From contig BDSU01000040.1 in the NCBI GenBank assembly GCA_002897675.1, positions 5,201 to 69,200 of the forward strand: a stretch of 64,000 bases of DNA, in the 5' to 3' direction. The DNA is from a bacterium BMS3Abin02 (GTDB lineage: Bacteria; Actinomycetota; Acidimicrobiia; Spongiisociales; UBA4744). Below the pieces are notes generated by a model, which had not been told where the DNA came from, searched no databases, and saw only the letters and a list, made by a program, of their open reading frames with translations. The translations under genes were made by a program, and so were the position numbers. Positions 40,547-50,746 of the stretch are shown piece after piece (positions within the stretch are counted from its first letter, which is position 1; each line of letters starts with the position of its first letter).

Positions 40547-42934
40547 TTACGCTCCCCCCCGGAGGTGCCCTCCGAGTTCGTCGGCTACGGCAGTGATGAT
40601 CCGGTCGCGGTCCACTCGCACGTCCTCGTTCGTCAGCGTCTTGTCGGACGACCTGAACGTCAGTTGGACGGCGAGGCTCTTGCGACCTTCGGGTACCGAA
40701 CCTCCGCGAAACTCATCGAACAGGTGCACCGTTTCGAGCATGGGACCCGCGGCCCCTCGGATCACCTTGACGAGATCGGAGGAAGGGACGGTTTCACGCA
40801 GCTCGAACGCCAAGTCGAACACGACGGGTGGATACGTGCTCGGTTCATCGAACACCCAGAAGCCCTGCGCTTCGAGCAGTCTCTCCAGGCGAAACTCCCC
40901 CGCTGCAACGCGCCCTTCGATTCCGTACGCCTGCATCACGCCAGGGTGCAATTCCCCGAGCACTCCGATCGGATGCTCATCGAGAAACAGGCGCCCTGCA
41001 CGTCCGGGGTGAAAACCTGCGACGTGTTCTGCGCGCAGTTCGCCCTCCAGGCCCATCGCCGCTTCGATTACCCTCCAAACGGCTCCTGCGGTGGCGAAAT
41101 CGGCCGGCCGGCGCTCCCTGCCGAGCGTCTTGGGGCCGAATCCTCCGGAGATGACAAAGGCAAGGGTGTCCGGTTGAAACGGGATCTTTGGATCGACGTG
41201 ATCCGGGGTGTCGATGAACACCTTCCCCGTCTCAAAGAGGGCAACGGAGGGAAGTCCGTGACTGGCGTTGAAGCGCACCGACTTCAGCAGGCCGGGAAGC
41301 AGCGTCGTGCGCAGCAGCGACTCTTCCTCACGCAACGGATTCCGCACCCGGATCGGGGTCGGACCATCTGCGTGCAGCTTTTTGAGGTCCTCCGGAGCGA
41401 GGAACGTCAACGTCGACGCTTCAGAAAGACCGGCTCCGACCAGCGCCGCCCGGAGTATTCTCGCCCGGCGGGCAGCACGACCAAGTCCGGACCCAGGACC
41501 GCGCGGCAACCGGGACGGGATACGGTTGAGTCCGTACAGCCTGGCGATCTCTTCAACCAGGTCCGCAGGTCGGGTCACGTCGGAACGATACGTCGGCACG
41601 GTGACGCTCAGGGGATCGTCTCCGCGCACACCGAAACCCAGCCGCTCCAGCAGGTCGACTATCTCTTCCCGAGCGAGGGAGATCCCCAGGAGGCGCTCGG
41701 GCTCGGTGAGGGAGAGTGTCACCGTTCGCTCAGGGATCCGGCTCGGGTATGCGTCTTTCGGGTCGGGAACGGGGACACCCCCGGCGATTTGCGTCATCAG
41801 CTGCGCCGCACGTGCCGCGGCTCGTGCCGGAAGGTCCGGATCCACCCCTCGTTCGAATCGGGAGGAAGCTTCGGTCCGCATCCCATGTCGTTTTGCCGTA
41901 TTCATGACCGTGGGCGCGTCGAAATGGGCGGCTTCGATCAGCACCCGACGCGTCGTCGGGCCGACTTCCGTCTCTTCCCCTCCCATCACTCCCGCAAATG
42001 CGATCACCCGCTCAGGGTCCGTGATCAACAGGTCCTCGGGAGTGATCTCGTGTTCCTCACCGTCGAGTGTCCGCAGGTGCTCTCCGGTGCGGCCTCTTCG
42101 CACGATGATCGTTTCCTGGGCGATCGTGTCGAGGTCGAAGCCGTGCAGCGGCTGGCCGTACTCGAGAAGGACGTAGTTCGTGATGTCTACGACGTTGTTG
42201 ATGGAACGGATTCCGGCGTCTCGCAGCCTCAGGCGAATCCACAACGGGGAATCCGACACGGTGACCTCGCGGACCTCTCGGCCCACATACCTGGGGCATC
42301 CCACAGGATCCTCCAGCACGATCGAGACCACCGAGGCTTCGCCACGTTCGTCGAGATCGACTGCCGGCAGGGTCAAAGCCAGTCCGTAGTAGGCGGCCAG
42401 GTCCCGAGCGATTCCCAGGATGGACATCGCGTCGCCCCTGTTCGGGGTGATTGAGAGATCGAAGATGACATCGGGATAGGGCAGCAACGTCGAGAAGTCC
42501 GTGCCGATCGGGACCGAAGGGTCGAGCACCATGATCCCCTCTCGTCCCTCGCCAAGGCCCAACTCGGATTCCGAGCAGATCATCCCGTGGGATTGCACTC
42601 CGCGAATCGTCCGAACCTCCACATGGATTCCTCCGGCAAGATCCGCTCCGGGAAGCGACACGGGCACGAGCGCGCCAACCTCGAAGTTGTCTGCTCCGCA
42701 CACGATCTCCTGCGGCTCGCCTCCGACCGACACTTTGCAGAAGCGAAGTCTGTCTGCGTTGGGATGCTGTTCAATGTGCTCGACCCTGCCGACGACGACA
42801 CCCGAGAAGGCCGGCTCCAGGAGTTCGTATGCCTCGACTTCATGACCGATCGATGCAAGCACCTCGGCGAGTTCGGCAGGATTGTCCGTTGGTACGGCAA
42901 CGAACTCCTTCAGCCAACGCAGAGAGACCTTCAT
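40547..42934 (-). CDS. pheT: Phenylalanine--tRNA ligase beta subunit
   Basis: 795 aa. N-terminal tRNA-binding domain, B3/B4 and B5 regions, and C-terminal FDX-ACB domain arrangement. Directly downstream of pheS. Confidence 0.9.
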   Translation of the reverse strand: MKVSLRWLKEFVAVPTDNPAELAEVLASIGHEVEAYELLEPAFSGVVVGRVEHIEQHPNADRLRFCKVSVGGEPQEIVCGADNFEVGALVPVSLPGADLAGGIHVEVRTIRGVQSHGMICSESELGLGEGREGIMVLDPSVPIGTDFSTLLPYPDVIFDLSITPNRGDAMSILGIARDLAAYYGLALTLPAVDLDERGEASVVSIVLEDPVGCPRYVGREVREVTVSDSPLWIRLRLRDAGIRSINNVVDITNYVLLEYGQPLHGFDLDTIAQETIIVRRGRTGEHLRTLDGEEHEITPEDLLITDPERVIAFAGVMGGEETEVGPTTRRVLIEAAHFDAPTVMNTAKRHGMRTEASSRFERGVDPDLPARAAARAAQLMTQIAGGVPVPDPKDAYPSRIPERTVTLSLTEPERLLGISLAREEIVDLLERLGFGVRGDDPLSVTVPTYRSDVTRPADLVEEIARLYGLNRIPSRLPRGPGSGLGRAARRARILRAALVGAGLSEASTLTFLAPEDLKKLHADGPTPIRVRNPLREEESLLRTTLLPGLLKSVRFNASHGLPSVALFETGKVFIDTPDHVDPKIPFQPDTLAFVISGGFGPKTLGRERRPADFATAGAVWRVIEAAMGLEGELRAEHVAGFHPGRAGRLFLDEHPIGVLGELHPGVMQAYGIEGRVAAGEFRLERLLEAQGFWVFDEPSTYPPVVFDLAFELRETVPSSDLVKVIRGAAGPMLETVHLFDEFRGGSVPEGRKSLAVQLTFRSSDKTLTNEDVRVDRDRIITAVADELGGHLRGGA

Positions 42935-43965
42935 CGGAACTGCTCCAGCACGCGCAGATCGTTATCGAAGAAATGCCTGATGTGCCCGATGCCGTGCCGC
43001 ACCATCGCCAGCCTTTCCACCCCGACCCCGAACGCGAATCCGGACACCGCCGTCGGGTCGTAACCCACGGCTTCGAAGACGTTCGGGTCGACCATTCCGC
43101 ATCCGAGGAGTTCGATCCATCCGGTCTGGCCGCACACGCGGCATCCGCTGCCGTCGCAGTTGAAGCACGACACCGCCATCTCTGCGGAGGGCTCGGTGAA
43201 GGGAAAGAAGTGCGGGTACATGCGAATCTTCCTGCCCACGCCGAAGAACCGCTCCATGAAGTACTGCAGAGTTCCCTTCAAATCGGCGAACGTGAGGGCA
43301 TCATCGACCGAAAGGCCCTCGACCTGCGTAAACACAGGCGAGTGGGTCGCATCGAGGGCATCGGACCGGTACACCCTCCCGGGCACGATCACATAGACGG
43401 GCGGTTCATGTTGCTCCATATAACGGACCTGCATGGGCGACGTCTGCGTCCTCAAGAGCAGTTCATCTGCCGGATCGCCCCAATCGACATAGAGTGTGTC
43501 GGACTCCAGCCGTGCTGGGTGTGTAGGCGGAGTGTTGAGGGCGTCGAAGTTGTAGGCGGCGGTCTCGACTTCGGGCCCGGTCGCTACCGCATACCCCAGG
43601 GCGGTGAAGATGTCACAGACCTCTTCCACGGTTTCGGTGAGCAGGTGATGGTGGCCCCTCGGGATCTCGAAGACGGGCAACGTCACATCGGTGCGTTCGA
43701 CCTCCAGGAGTTCGTCTTCGGCAGCTCTCTCCAGCTCGGCTCGGCGTGCTTCCAGCTGCGCCTTCAACTCCTGATATGCCTCATTCAGCGCCGCACCAAC
43801 CGTGGGACGCTCTTCGGGCGGAAGCTTGCCGAGAGTCTTGCGTTGCTGAGCGATGATCGACGATCTTCCGATCAGCTCTCGTTCGAGGTCTTGAAGCGCG
43901 TCGAGACTCGACGCCGCCTGGATGCGAGCGGGGGCCTCTGCGCGGAGTTGCTTGATGCGATCCAT
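42931..43965 (-). CDS. pheS: Phenylalanine--tRNA ligase alpha subunit
   Basis: 344 aa. Class II aaRS motifs (FPFTEPSAE, GWIELLGCGMVDP). Confidence 0.9.
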   Translation of the reverse strand: MDRIKQLRAEAPARIQAASSLDALQDLERELIGRSSIIAQQRKTLGKLPPEERPTVGAALNEAYQELKAQLEARRAELERAAEDELLEVERTDVTLPVFEIPRGHHHLLTETVEEVCDIFTALGYAVATGPEVETAAYNFDALNTPPTHPARLESDTLYVDWGDPADELLLRTQTSPMQVRYMEQHEPPVYVIVPGRVYRSDALDATHSPVFTQVEGLSVDDALTFADLKGTLQYFMERFFGVGRKIRMYPHFFPFTEPSAEMAVSCFNCDGSGCRVCGQTGWIELLGCGMVDPNVFEAVGYDPTAVSGFAFGVGVERLAMVRHGIGHIRHFFDNDLRVLEQFR

Positions 43966-44054
43966 CGTGCCGGGAGGTTAGCGCGCCGACGCGCGGTGCC
44001 CTCCAATCCTCCGGGGATGGCGGCGTGCCGCACGGGACGCACGTGGCCGCATTC

Positions 44055-44651
44055 TCAGGTATCTTCGCTTCCGGCGTGATGCCGACTGCGCTCGTAGGCG
44101 AGGATTGCTCCGGCGATTCCGGCATTCAGACTCTCCATCCCTCCCGGCATGGGAATCGTGACCAACAGATCAGACACGGCCACAACGTGGTCGGGAAGGC
44201 CGTGGGCCTCGGGACCGACGATGATCGCGATTCGGTCTTCGTCAGCGAGCTTCGCCGGGTCGATCCCGGCTCGTGGGACGGCAGCCACCGTCGTGAAGCC
44301 CCGCGCCTGCAGGCCCTGCGGTGTCGCCTCCCTCTCGATGGTCGTTCGAAAATGGCCACCGGCCGCCGCCCTCAGTGCCTTCGGGGACCAGGGATCGGTA
44401 CTCGAGGAGTCGACTGCCACGTCCATGCCGAATGCTGCTGCAGAGCGGATGAGCGTTCCCATGTTGCCCGGGTCACCGATGCCCCACGGCAGGAGGCACG
44501 AGCGCGAGACTCCTGTCGACGGTGGAACCGCCATGACGGCTACCGGTCCTCGAGGATGCTGCGTCGGCGCCAGCCTCTCGAGCACTTCTGCGCTCACATA
44601 GACGACCTCGGAGAGCTCCTCGGCCACAGGATCGCCCACGAGGGCGAACAC
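44055..44651 (-). CDS. TrmH/SpoU-family RNA 2'-O-methyltransferase (short form)
   Basis: SPOUT motifs GDPGNMGTLIRSAAAFG and IIVGPEAHGL ... ESLNAGIAGAILAY. GTG start. 198 aa. An in-frame stop immediately upstream. Confidence 0.75.
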   Translation of the reverse strand: MFALVGDPVAEELSEVVYVSAEVLERLAPTQHPRGPVAVMAVPPSTGVSRSCLLPWGIGDPGNMGTLIRSAAAFGMDVAVDSSSTDPWSPKALRAAAGGHFRTTIEREATPQGLQARGFTTVAAVPRAGIDPAKLADEDRIAIIVGPEAHGLPDHVVAVSDLLVTIPMPGGMESLNAGIAGAILAYERSRHHAGSEDT

Positions 44652-44796
44652 CGTTTCGAGTTCATGGCCGGCGGCGATCGCCGCGAATACCAGGTTGGGT
44701 CCCTCGAGGAGCGTCTTGCCGGCGACGCGGCGCTCGCGGGAGCGCCGAAGCTTCAGAGCCGCAGCGACCCGCGAGTTACGCGTCGATCGAATAGGT

Positions 44797-45153
44797 TCAG
44801 TGTTGGGCTGCGTTGGCTGCCTCGACGATCTGACTGAAGGACGTAGGGTCGTTGACCGCCATCTCTGCGAGCATCTTCCGGTCGACCTCGATATCGGCCG
44901 CCTTCAACCCGGCCATCAGCCGCGAATAGGTCGTCCCGTTCTGTCGCGCCGCGGCGTTGATCCTGGAAATCCAGAGTCGTCGAAACTCGCCCTTCTTCGC
45001 GCGACGATCCCGATACGAGTCCGACATCGCATGCATGACCTGCTCGTTCGCCGTGCGGAATCTGCGGCTCTTTGCCCCTTTGTAACCTTTGGCGCGATTG
45101 AGCACCTTGCGGTGCTTCTTCCGCCCATGAAGGGCGCGTTTTACCCGTGCCAT
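44797..45153 (-). CDS. rplT: 50S ribosomal protein L20
   Basis: [30 protein letters not shown] is near-identical to bacterial L20. 118 aa. Confidence 0.9.
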   Translation of the reverse strand: MARVKRALHGRKKHRKVLNRAKGYKGAKSRRFRTANEQVMHAMSDSYRDRRAKKGEFRRLWISRINAAARQNGTTYSRLMAGLKAADIEVDRKMLAEMAVNDPTSFSQIVEAANAAQH

Positions 45154-45163
45154 ACGATGCCTC

Positions 45164-45355
45164 CTAGCGGCCCAGCAGGCGCGACGCCGTGCGTCGGTCG
45201 CCGCGAGTCATTTCGGTAGTGCCTTTGAGCTGACGGAAACGTTTCCGGCTCTTGGCGAGCTTCAGATGGCCTCGACCCGCGCGCGCACGCACGATCTTGC
45301 CCGTTCCGGTGCGTCGCATACGTTTCGCGGCGCCCCGGTGACTCTTCGTTTTCAT
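45164..45355 (-). CDS. rpmI: 50S ribosomal protein L35
   Basis: [30 protein letters not shown] is a canonical L35. 63 aa. Confidence 0.9.
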   Translation of the reverse strand: MKTKSHRGAAKRMRRTGTGKIVRARAGRGHLKLAKSRKRFRQLKGTTEMTRGDRRTASRLLGR

Positions 45356-45999
45356 CAGCTGCTCCTCTCATCTGGATCGCTCCCGACGTCGGTGTCCGCA
45401 ACCTCGACAGGGACGGTGTCGCCGGTCGTATCCGCAACGAAATCTCCGGCCGTATCTGCGTCTTCGCTCTGTCTCGCCGGTTTCGGGTGGCGGACCGGCA
45501 CGAGAATCATGTGCATGTTCCGTCCCTCTTGTCGTGGCGCCTGCTCGACCTTGGCAGCGTCGCCGATCTCCTCGACGAGGCGATCGATGATCTTCAGCCC
45601 CAACTCGGGACGAGACATCTCGCGGCCTCGAAACCAGATGGTTATCTTCACCCTGTCACCGTGTTCGAGGAATTTCAGGACACGATTCCGCTTGATCTCG
45701 TAGTCGTGATCGCCGATTCTTGGTTTGAACTTGACTTCCTTGATCACGGTCCGCGTCTGGTTCTTTCGAGCTTCCCGGGACTTCACAGACTGTTCATACT
45801 TGTACTTGCCATAGTCCATGAGCCGGCAAACCGGCGGGTTCGCGCTCGGTGCCACTTCAACGAGGTCCAAACCCAACTGTTCGGCCAGCCACAAGGCCTC
45901 TTGCAGTTTCTTGATTCCGATCTGACCTCCGTCGGGGGCGACGACTCTGACTTCTCGGGCTCGGATATACCCATTGACGCGTAGTTCGGCGATCGCAAT
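45355..45999 (-). CDS. infC: Translation initiation factor IF-3, with a non-AUG start (ATT at 45999 or ATC at 45993)
   Basis: The conserved N-terminal region (INGYIRAREVRVVAPDGGQIGI) lies upstream of the first Met in the ORF track. GAGGAGG RBS directly upstream of ATT/ATC codons. No ATG or GTG in frame. The infC-rpmI-rplT order is conserved. Confidence 0.85.
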   Translation of the reverse strand: MAIAELRVNGYIRAREVRVVAPDGGQIGIKKLQEALWLAEQLGLDLVEVAPSANPPVCRLMDYGKYKYEQSVKSREARKNQTRTVIKEVKFKPRIGDHDYEIKRNRVLKFLEHGDRVKITIWFRGREMSRPELGLKIIDRLVEEIGDAAKVEQAPRQEGRNMHMILVPVRHPKPARQSEDADTAGDFVADTTGDTVPVEVADTDVGSDPDERSS

Positions 46000-46188
46000 C
46001 CTCCTCTATGGAAAACGACAGCAAGCGAAGCCCACTGCCGTCTCAACAGAACCTCGGCGCACCTTCGGTGGCCGGGTGGGATGGTCTCCTCTTGCGCTCG
46101 ATTGTCCCCGGCAGTATACGGTGGGGCCTCACCCTGTCAATGCGAGAACCTTCGGTGAACGGGACCGGCCGAAGCTCGGGCCCCGACC

Positions 46189-46656
46189 TCAGCCGATCCT
46201 CTCGAGCACATCGAGCATTGCCAGTACCGCCATGGCGGCCTCGTACCCTTTGTTCGCCGGCCCCGGCAGTGAACGGTCTCTCGCGTGCTCGAATTCGGTC
46301 ACGGTCAGAACCGCATTGCCGACGGGTACGCCGGTGGCGAGGGAGACACTCACGAGCCCCGCAATCGACTGACTGCCGACATGCTCGTAGTGATCGGTCT
46401 CTCCCTTGATCACCGCACCGACTGCGACCACTGCGTCGTGTCCGGTCTGCGCGAGGCGTTGCACGACAAGGGGTATCTCCAGCGATCCTGGAACTCGGAC
46501 GACGGTCACCTGCTCGGTGCCGGATGCCTCGAGCGCCTCCAGCGCACCGGCGAGCAGACCGTCTGTGATCACTCGATTGAATGAAGCAACGACGACACCA
46601 ACTCTGCGCCCTTCTCCCATCGCCTCTCCCCGGATCTCACGGAGTTGCATCTGCAC
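46189..46656 (-). CDS. ribH: 6,7-dimethyl-8-ribityllumazine synthase. The start may be the internal Met at 46620.
   Basis: [10 protein letters not shown] ... lumazine synthase fold. 155 aa. Last gene of the rib operon. Confidence 0.9.
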   Translation of the reverse strand: MQMQLREIRGEAMGEGRRVGVVVASFNRVITDGLLAGALEALEASGTEQVTVVRVPGSLEIPLVVQRLAQTGHDAVVAVGAVIKGETDHYEHVGSQSIAGLVSVSLATGVPVGNAVLTVTEFEHARDRSLPGPANKGYEAAMAVLAMLDVLERIG

Positions 46657-47860
46657 CCTCCAGATGAATGGAATGCCCGAGCTTCTCCACTTTGGTGGTC
46701 AGATAGCCGAGATTCTCGGGGTTCGGCCTCACTTCCAGCGGGACGGTCTCGGTGATCTCGAGGCCGTAGCCCTCGATCCCCGCACGTTTCGTCGGGTTGT
46801 TCGTCAGCAGTCGCATCGTCGTGATCCCGAGATCGGCGAGGATCTGGGCACCCACGCCATAGTCCCTCGCGTCCGTTGGCAGCCCCAATTCGAGGTTTGC
46901 CTCCACCGTGTCGCGACCGTGGTCCTGGAGCGCGTATGCCTCGAGCTTGTGCATCAGCCCGATTCCTCTGCCCTCGTGGCCACGCAGGTAGAGCACCACG
47001 CCACTCCCCTCGGCTGCGATCTTGCTCATCGCGTCCCGCAGCTGGAAACCACAATCGCACCGAAGACTGCCGAGCGTGTCCCCGGTCAGGCATTCCGAAT
47101 GGACCCTCACGAGGACGTCTTCCTTGCCCGAGATCTCCCCTTTGACGAGCGCCAGATGCTCACGATGATCGACGAGAGACTCGTAGGCGATCGCTTCGAA
47201 CACGCCGAACTCCGTTGGGATGCGTGCCTCCGCCCCGCGGCGGATCAACCGTTGACGCCGGCGCCGATAGGCGATCAGATCCGCTATCTGGATCATGACG
47301 AGGTGATGCTTACGAGCGAACAGCTTCAGGTCGCCGAGGCGAGCGACGGAACCGTCGTCCGCAACGATCTCGGCGAGTACTCCTGCAGGTCCGAGTCCTG
47401 CCAACGTCGCCAGATCGACCGCTGCTTCGGTGTGGCCTGCTCGCCGAAGCACTCCACCGGGTCGATAACGTAGCGGGAAGATGTGGCCGGGCCTCGTGAG
47501 GTCTTCAGGCTCGGTTGCACGATCGACCATCGCTCTGATCGTTGCAGCCCTGTCCGCTGCCGAGATCCCCGTCGTCGTGGCCGGACGGTAGTCCACCGAC
47601 ACCGTGAAGGCGGTGAGCCGGGCATCCGTGTTTTGCATCACCATCATCGGGATGCGCAACTCGTCGAGGCGTTCGCCCGTGAGCGGTACGCAGATGATGC
47701 CACTCGTGTGACGCACCATGAATCCGATCTTCTCCGGTGTGGCTTTTTCGGCTGCGAGGATGAGATCACCCTCGTTCTCCCGGTCCTCGTCGTCGACGAC
47801 GACGACGAACTCACCACGGGAGATCGCTCCGACTGCATCTTCTATCGGCGCGAACGTCAT
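46637..47860 (-). CDS. ribBA: Bifunctional 3,4-dihydroxy-2-butanone-4-phosphate synthase / GTP cyclohydrolase II
   Basis: DHBP synthase N-terminal half ([12 protein letters not shown]) and GTP cyclohydrolase II Cys motif ([15 protein letters not shown]). 407 aa. Confidence 0.9.
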   Translation of the reverse strand: MTFAPIEDAVGAISRGEFVVVVDDEDRENEGDLILAAEKATPEKIGFMVRHTSGIICVPLTGERLDELRIPMMVMQNTDARLTAFTVSVDYRPATTTGISAADRAATIRAMVDRATEPEDLTRPGHIFPLRYRPGGVLRRAGHTEAAVDLATLAGLGPAGVLAEIVADDGSVARLGDLKLFARKHHLVMIQIADLIAYRRRRQRLIRRGAEARIPTEFGVFEAIAYESLVDHREHLALVKGEISGKEDVLVRVHSECLTGDTLGSLRCDCGFQLRDAMSKIAAEGSGVVLYLRGHEGRGIGLMHKLEAYALQDHGRDTVEANLELGLPTDARDYGVGAQILADLGITTMRLLTNNPTKRAGIEGYGLEITETVPLEVRPNPENLGYLTTKVEKLGHSIHLEGADATP

Positions 47861-48447
47861 CGTTTCATCTCCATGAGACGTTCGAGATACTTCGCGATCA
47901 CATCCACTTCGATGTTCACGGGGTCACCCGGGCCCCGCAGCCCGAGGACCGTCACTTCGAGCGTGTGTGGAATCAACGCGACCTCGAACCAGTCCACGCC
48001 CGCGGCGGTCACCGTGAGGCTCACTCCGTCGACGGCCACCGAACCTTTCTCCGCGATGTACGGTGAGATCGTCTCCGGGATGCCGACACGCATGCGCAGG
48101 CTGTCGCCCTCCGGTTCCAGTGTTCTCACATGCCCGACCCCGTCGACATGCCCCTGGACGACATGACCGTCGAAGCGCCCCGATGCCGGCAACGGACGCT
48201 CCAGATCAACGGACATACCCACCTCGAGCGCACCCAGATCGGTACGGAGAAGTGTCTCGTGCACGACGTCGGCTTCGAAACCCCCTTCCGGACATGCCAC
48301 AACCGTCAGACACACGCCGTTGACCGCGACCGAGTCGCCGATGCCCAACCCGGGAAGGTCCGTCTCGATGTCGAGTCGTCGACCCAGGTCGGTCATCGTG
48401 ATCTGGCGTACCGTGCCCAGAGATTCAACGATTCCGGTAAACATCAA
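47857..48447 (-). CDS. ribE: Riboflavin synthase alpha chain
   Basis: [12 protein letters not shown] at the N-terminus and duplicated lumazine-binding repeats. 196 aa. Confidence 0.9.
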   Translation of the reverse strand: MMFTGIVESLGTVRQITMTDLGRRLDIETDLPGLGIGDSVAVNGVCLTVVACPEGGFEADVVHETLLRTDLGALEVGMSVDLERPLPASGRFDGHVVQGHVDGVGHVRTLEPEGDSLRMRVGIPETISPYIAEKGSVAVDGVSLTVTAAGVDWFEVALIPHTLEVTVLGLRGPGDPVNIEVDVIAKYLERLMEMKR

Positions 48448-49487
48448 TCATCCTCCAGTGTGGCCTCGATCTTCACGCACGTGCCGACCGTCGATATGTG
48501 TGTGATACGCACGCGGCGGCTCTGCGACAGGGTGGCGAACTCTCCAGCAAACACGGTCTTCCCCGCGCCGCCGGCAAGCCGGGCGCCGAGGTAGAGGACC
48601 ATGCGGTCGACAAGGTCCTCAGACAGCAACGAAGCAGCCAATCTCGGGCCACCCTCGACGAGAACATCCACGATGCCCCGCCTGCCGAGCGCCTCGAGAC
48701 CGAGCCGCAGGTCGACCACGCCGTTTCCAGGCGCGACGATCGTGTCGACGCCCTTGAGGGCCGTTGGGGTGAGCACGATGGGGTCGCGAGCCAGCAGCCG
48801 AGCATCGGGGGGAATCGGCCGTGCCCCCGCGACGAGGATGGGAACCGGCTGTGGACCCGTGTAATCCTCCAACCGTACATCCAGCCGAGGATCGTCGACC
48901 CGCAGCGTCCCCGCTCCCACCATCACGGCGTCTGCCCCGGCGCGGAGACGATGCGCGTCCATCCGTGCAATCTCGTCGGTGATCCACTGCGATGAACCGT
49001 CGAGAGCCGCCACCTGGCCGTCGAGTGTCGCCGCTGCCTTCAACGTGACCATCGGGCGCCCTGTTCTGCGATGGTGAAAGTAGCCGGGATCGAGGGTTTC
49101 GGCTTCGTGTTCCATCAGACCGACCTCGACATCGAGTCCGGCCGTCCGTAGCGCCTCGATACCCCCACCGGCAACGCGGACATCCGGATCTTCGACCGCC
49201 ACGACGACACGCCGGATCCCGGCAGCAACGATTGCGTCCACGCAGGGTGGCGTTCTTCCGACGTGCGTGCACGGTTCGAGTGTGACGTAGATCGTTCCAC
49301 CTCTGGCCGAGGCTCCGGCACTGTCGAGCGCAACCACCTCGGCGTGGGGACTGCCCGGGCCGGCGTGGCTGCCCTCCCCCGCAGACTCGCCATTTACGTC
49401 GACAACCACAGCTCCTACGCGCGGATTCGGATGCGGACGCGCTCCTCGTGCGATATCGAGACTCCGAGCCATCCAGTGTTCGTCCAC
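48444..49487 (-). CDS. ribD: Bifunctional diaminohydroxyphosphoribosylaminopyrimidine deaminase / 5-amino-6-(5-phosphoribosylamino)uracil reductase
   Basis: Deaminase zinc motifs (HAEVVAL, PCTHVGRTPPC) and C-terminal reductase domain. GTG start with GAGGTG RBS. Confidence 0.9.
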   Translation of the reverse strand: MDEHWMARSLDIARGARPHPNPRVGAVVVDVNGESAGEGSHAGPGSPHAEVVALDSAGASARGGTIYVTLEPCTHVGRTPPCVDAIVAAGIRRVVVAVEDPDVRVAGGGIEALRTAGLDVEVGLMEHEAETLDPGYFHHRRTGRPMVTLKAAATLDGQVAALDGSSQWITDEIARMDAHRLRAGADAVMVGAGTLRVDDPRLDVRLEDYTGPQPVPILVAGARPIPPDARLLARDPIVLTPTALKGVDTIVAPGNGVVDLRLGLEALGRRGIVDVLVEGGPRLAASLLSEDLVDRMVLYLGARLAGGAGKTVFAGEFATLSQSRRVRITHISTVGTCVKIEATLEDD

Positions 49488-49529
49488 ACGTCACCTCGTT
49501 CACAAGGGCGGACGCGCGCGGACGCATGA

Positions 49530-49650
49530 CGCCCTCCTTCTCTCATCCGGACTCTCACCGTCGGCTCCGGAGTTCCACCGGGTCCACCCCGAAGGGGTCG
49601 CGGGCTCTCACCGCCGGTCGGGAATTGCACCCTGCCCTGAAGGGGGCTGT
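49530..49650 (-). promoter_or_regulatory. FMN riboswitch (RFN element) in the ribD leader
   Basis: Minus-strand RNA reads CCCCUUCAGGGCAGGGUGCAAUUCCCGACCGGCGGUGAGAGCCCGCGACCCCUUCGGGGUGGACCCGGUGGAACUCCGGAGCCGACGGUGAGAGUCCGGAUGAGAGAAGG. All conserved RFN blocks are present (GGGCAGGGUG.AAUUCCCGACCGGCGGU, AGCCCGCGA, GGUGGAACUCCGGAGCCGACGGU, AGUCCGGAUG). A GC hairpin follows before the ribD GTG. Confidence 0.85.
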
Positions 49651-49815
49651 GCACGAGTCTAGTGTTCCGGCAGGCTACCTTCGCGGTGCCGATACCGAAT
49701 CTGGTCGTTCGCCCACTCATGCATCCGTACTTCGCATCGCGACCGGGCCGGCGAAACGACGCAGCGGTTGCCTGCCGAAACAGTGGTGTGTTGGCCGCCA
49801 ACGAGACCCCCGCGC

Positions 49816-50745
49816 TCAGGAGGTACGGCGGTCGATTTCGTAGGCGGATCCCGACGTCGCCTTGGCGAACTCCTTCATCTCCACTGCCACCGCCGACGCC
49901 TCCCATTGTGAAGTGATGGGGCGGTGTCGATTGGTCGCGACGCCGAGCGATATCGAGATGATGGGGTAGGCGTGCTGTTCCCCCCGCCGGTCACTCACCT
50001 CCACGTAGCCCCGCAGGGCGTCCGCGGTGTCGTAGAAGTCGAGAATGCCCGCATCGAAGATCCGGATGGTCGCCTGGCAGAACGCCTCGACCGACTCGGG
50101 GTGAATCAAGGCGACGAAATCATCACCGCCGATGTGCCCGACGAAGACCCGTGGATCCTCGTTCTCCGCCGCGGCCTCGAGTAGAGCGTGGGCCGTGTAC
50201 TTGATGACCTGATCGCCTCGCATGAAGCCGTAGTGGTCATTGAACGATTTGAAGTTGTCGAGATCGGCGTGGACGATGGCGATCGGCCCGCGCTCCGCGA
50301 CACGCCGCTCCATCTCTTCGGAAATCCTGAAATTCCCCGGCAACCCCGTCAACGGTGACACATCTCGCATCGTCTGGGAGCGACGCATGACAGCCTTGAC
50401 GCGCGCGACGAGTTCCTCGACATCGAAGGGCTTGTTGATGTAGTCGTCTGCTCCGAGGTCGAGACCGCGGATACGGTCTTCCGGCATCGTTCTCGCCGTG
50501 AGCAGGATCACGGACGTATTCGCGGCCGAGGGGTGCGTCCGTAGACGACGGAGAACGTCGAAACCATCCAACTTGGGCATCATGACATCGAGGAGGACGA
50601 GATCCGGGGGCTCCTTCATGACCGACTCGATCGCTTCACGGCCATCTCGCGCCTCGGTGACCTGAAAACCCTCGAGCTCCAAGTTCACACGAATGAACTG
50701 CAGGATGTCGGGATCGTCGTCCGCGACCAGGATCCGCTGTGCCAT
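49816..50745 (-). CDS. Response regulator with receiver domain and GGDEF-type diguanylate-cyclase domain (motif variant GGDDF)
   Basis: REC motifs (ILVADDDPDIL ... LLDVMMPKLDG ... ILLTAR) followed by the GGDEF-domain pattern (LTGLPGN ... HADLDNFKSFND ... HIGGDDFVALI). The start was set at MAQRIL. Confidence 0.8.
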   Translation of the reverse strand: MAQRILVADDDPDILQFIRVNLELEGFQVTEARDGREAIESVMKEPPDLVLLDVMMPKLDGFDVLRRLRTHPSAANTSVILLTARTMPEDRIRGLDLGADDYINKPFDVEELVARVKAVMRRSQTMRDVSPLTGLPGNFRISEEMERRVAERGPIAIVHADLDNFKSFNDHYGFMRGDQVIKYTAHALLEAAAENEDPRVFVGHIGGDDFVALIHPESVEAFCQATIRIFDAGILDFYDTADALRGYVEVSDRRGEQHAYPIISISLGVATNRHRPITSQWEASAVAVEMKEFAKATSGSAYEIDRRTS

Positions 50746-50746
50746 C

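Noticed and set aside
49488-49527. 302-aa ORF (48619-49527) starting at the strong RBS-AUG inside the riboswitch platform
   Set aside because: Different frame from ribD. Translation is Arg-rich nonsense while the ribD frame gives a full-length, motif-bearing RibD. Kept only as a note on the expression platform.
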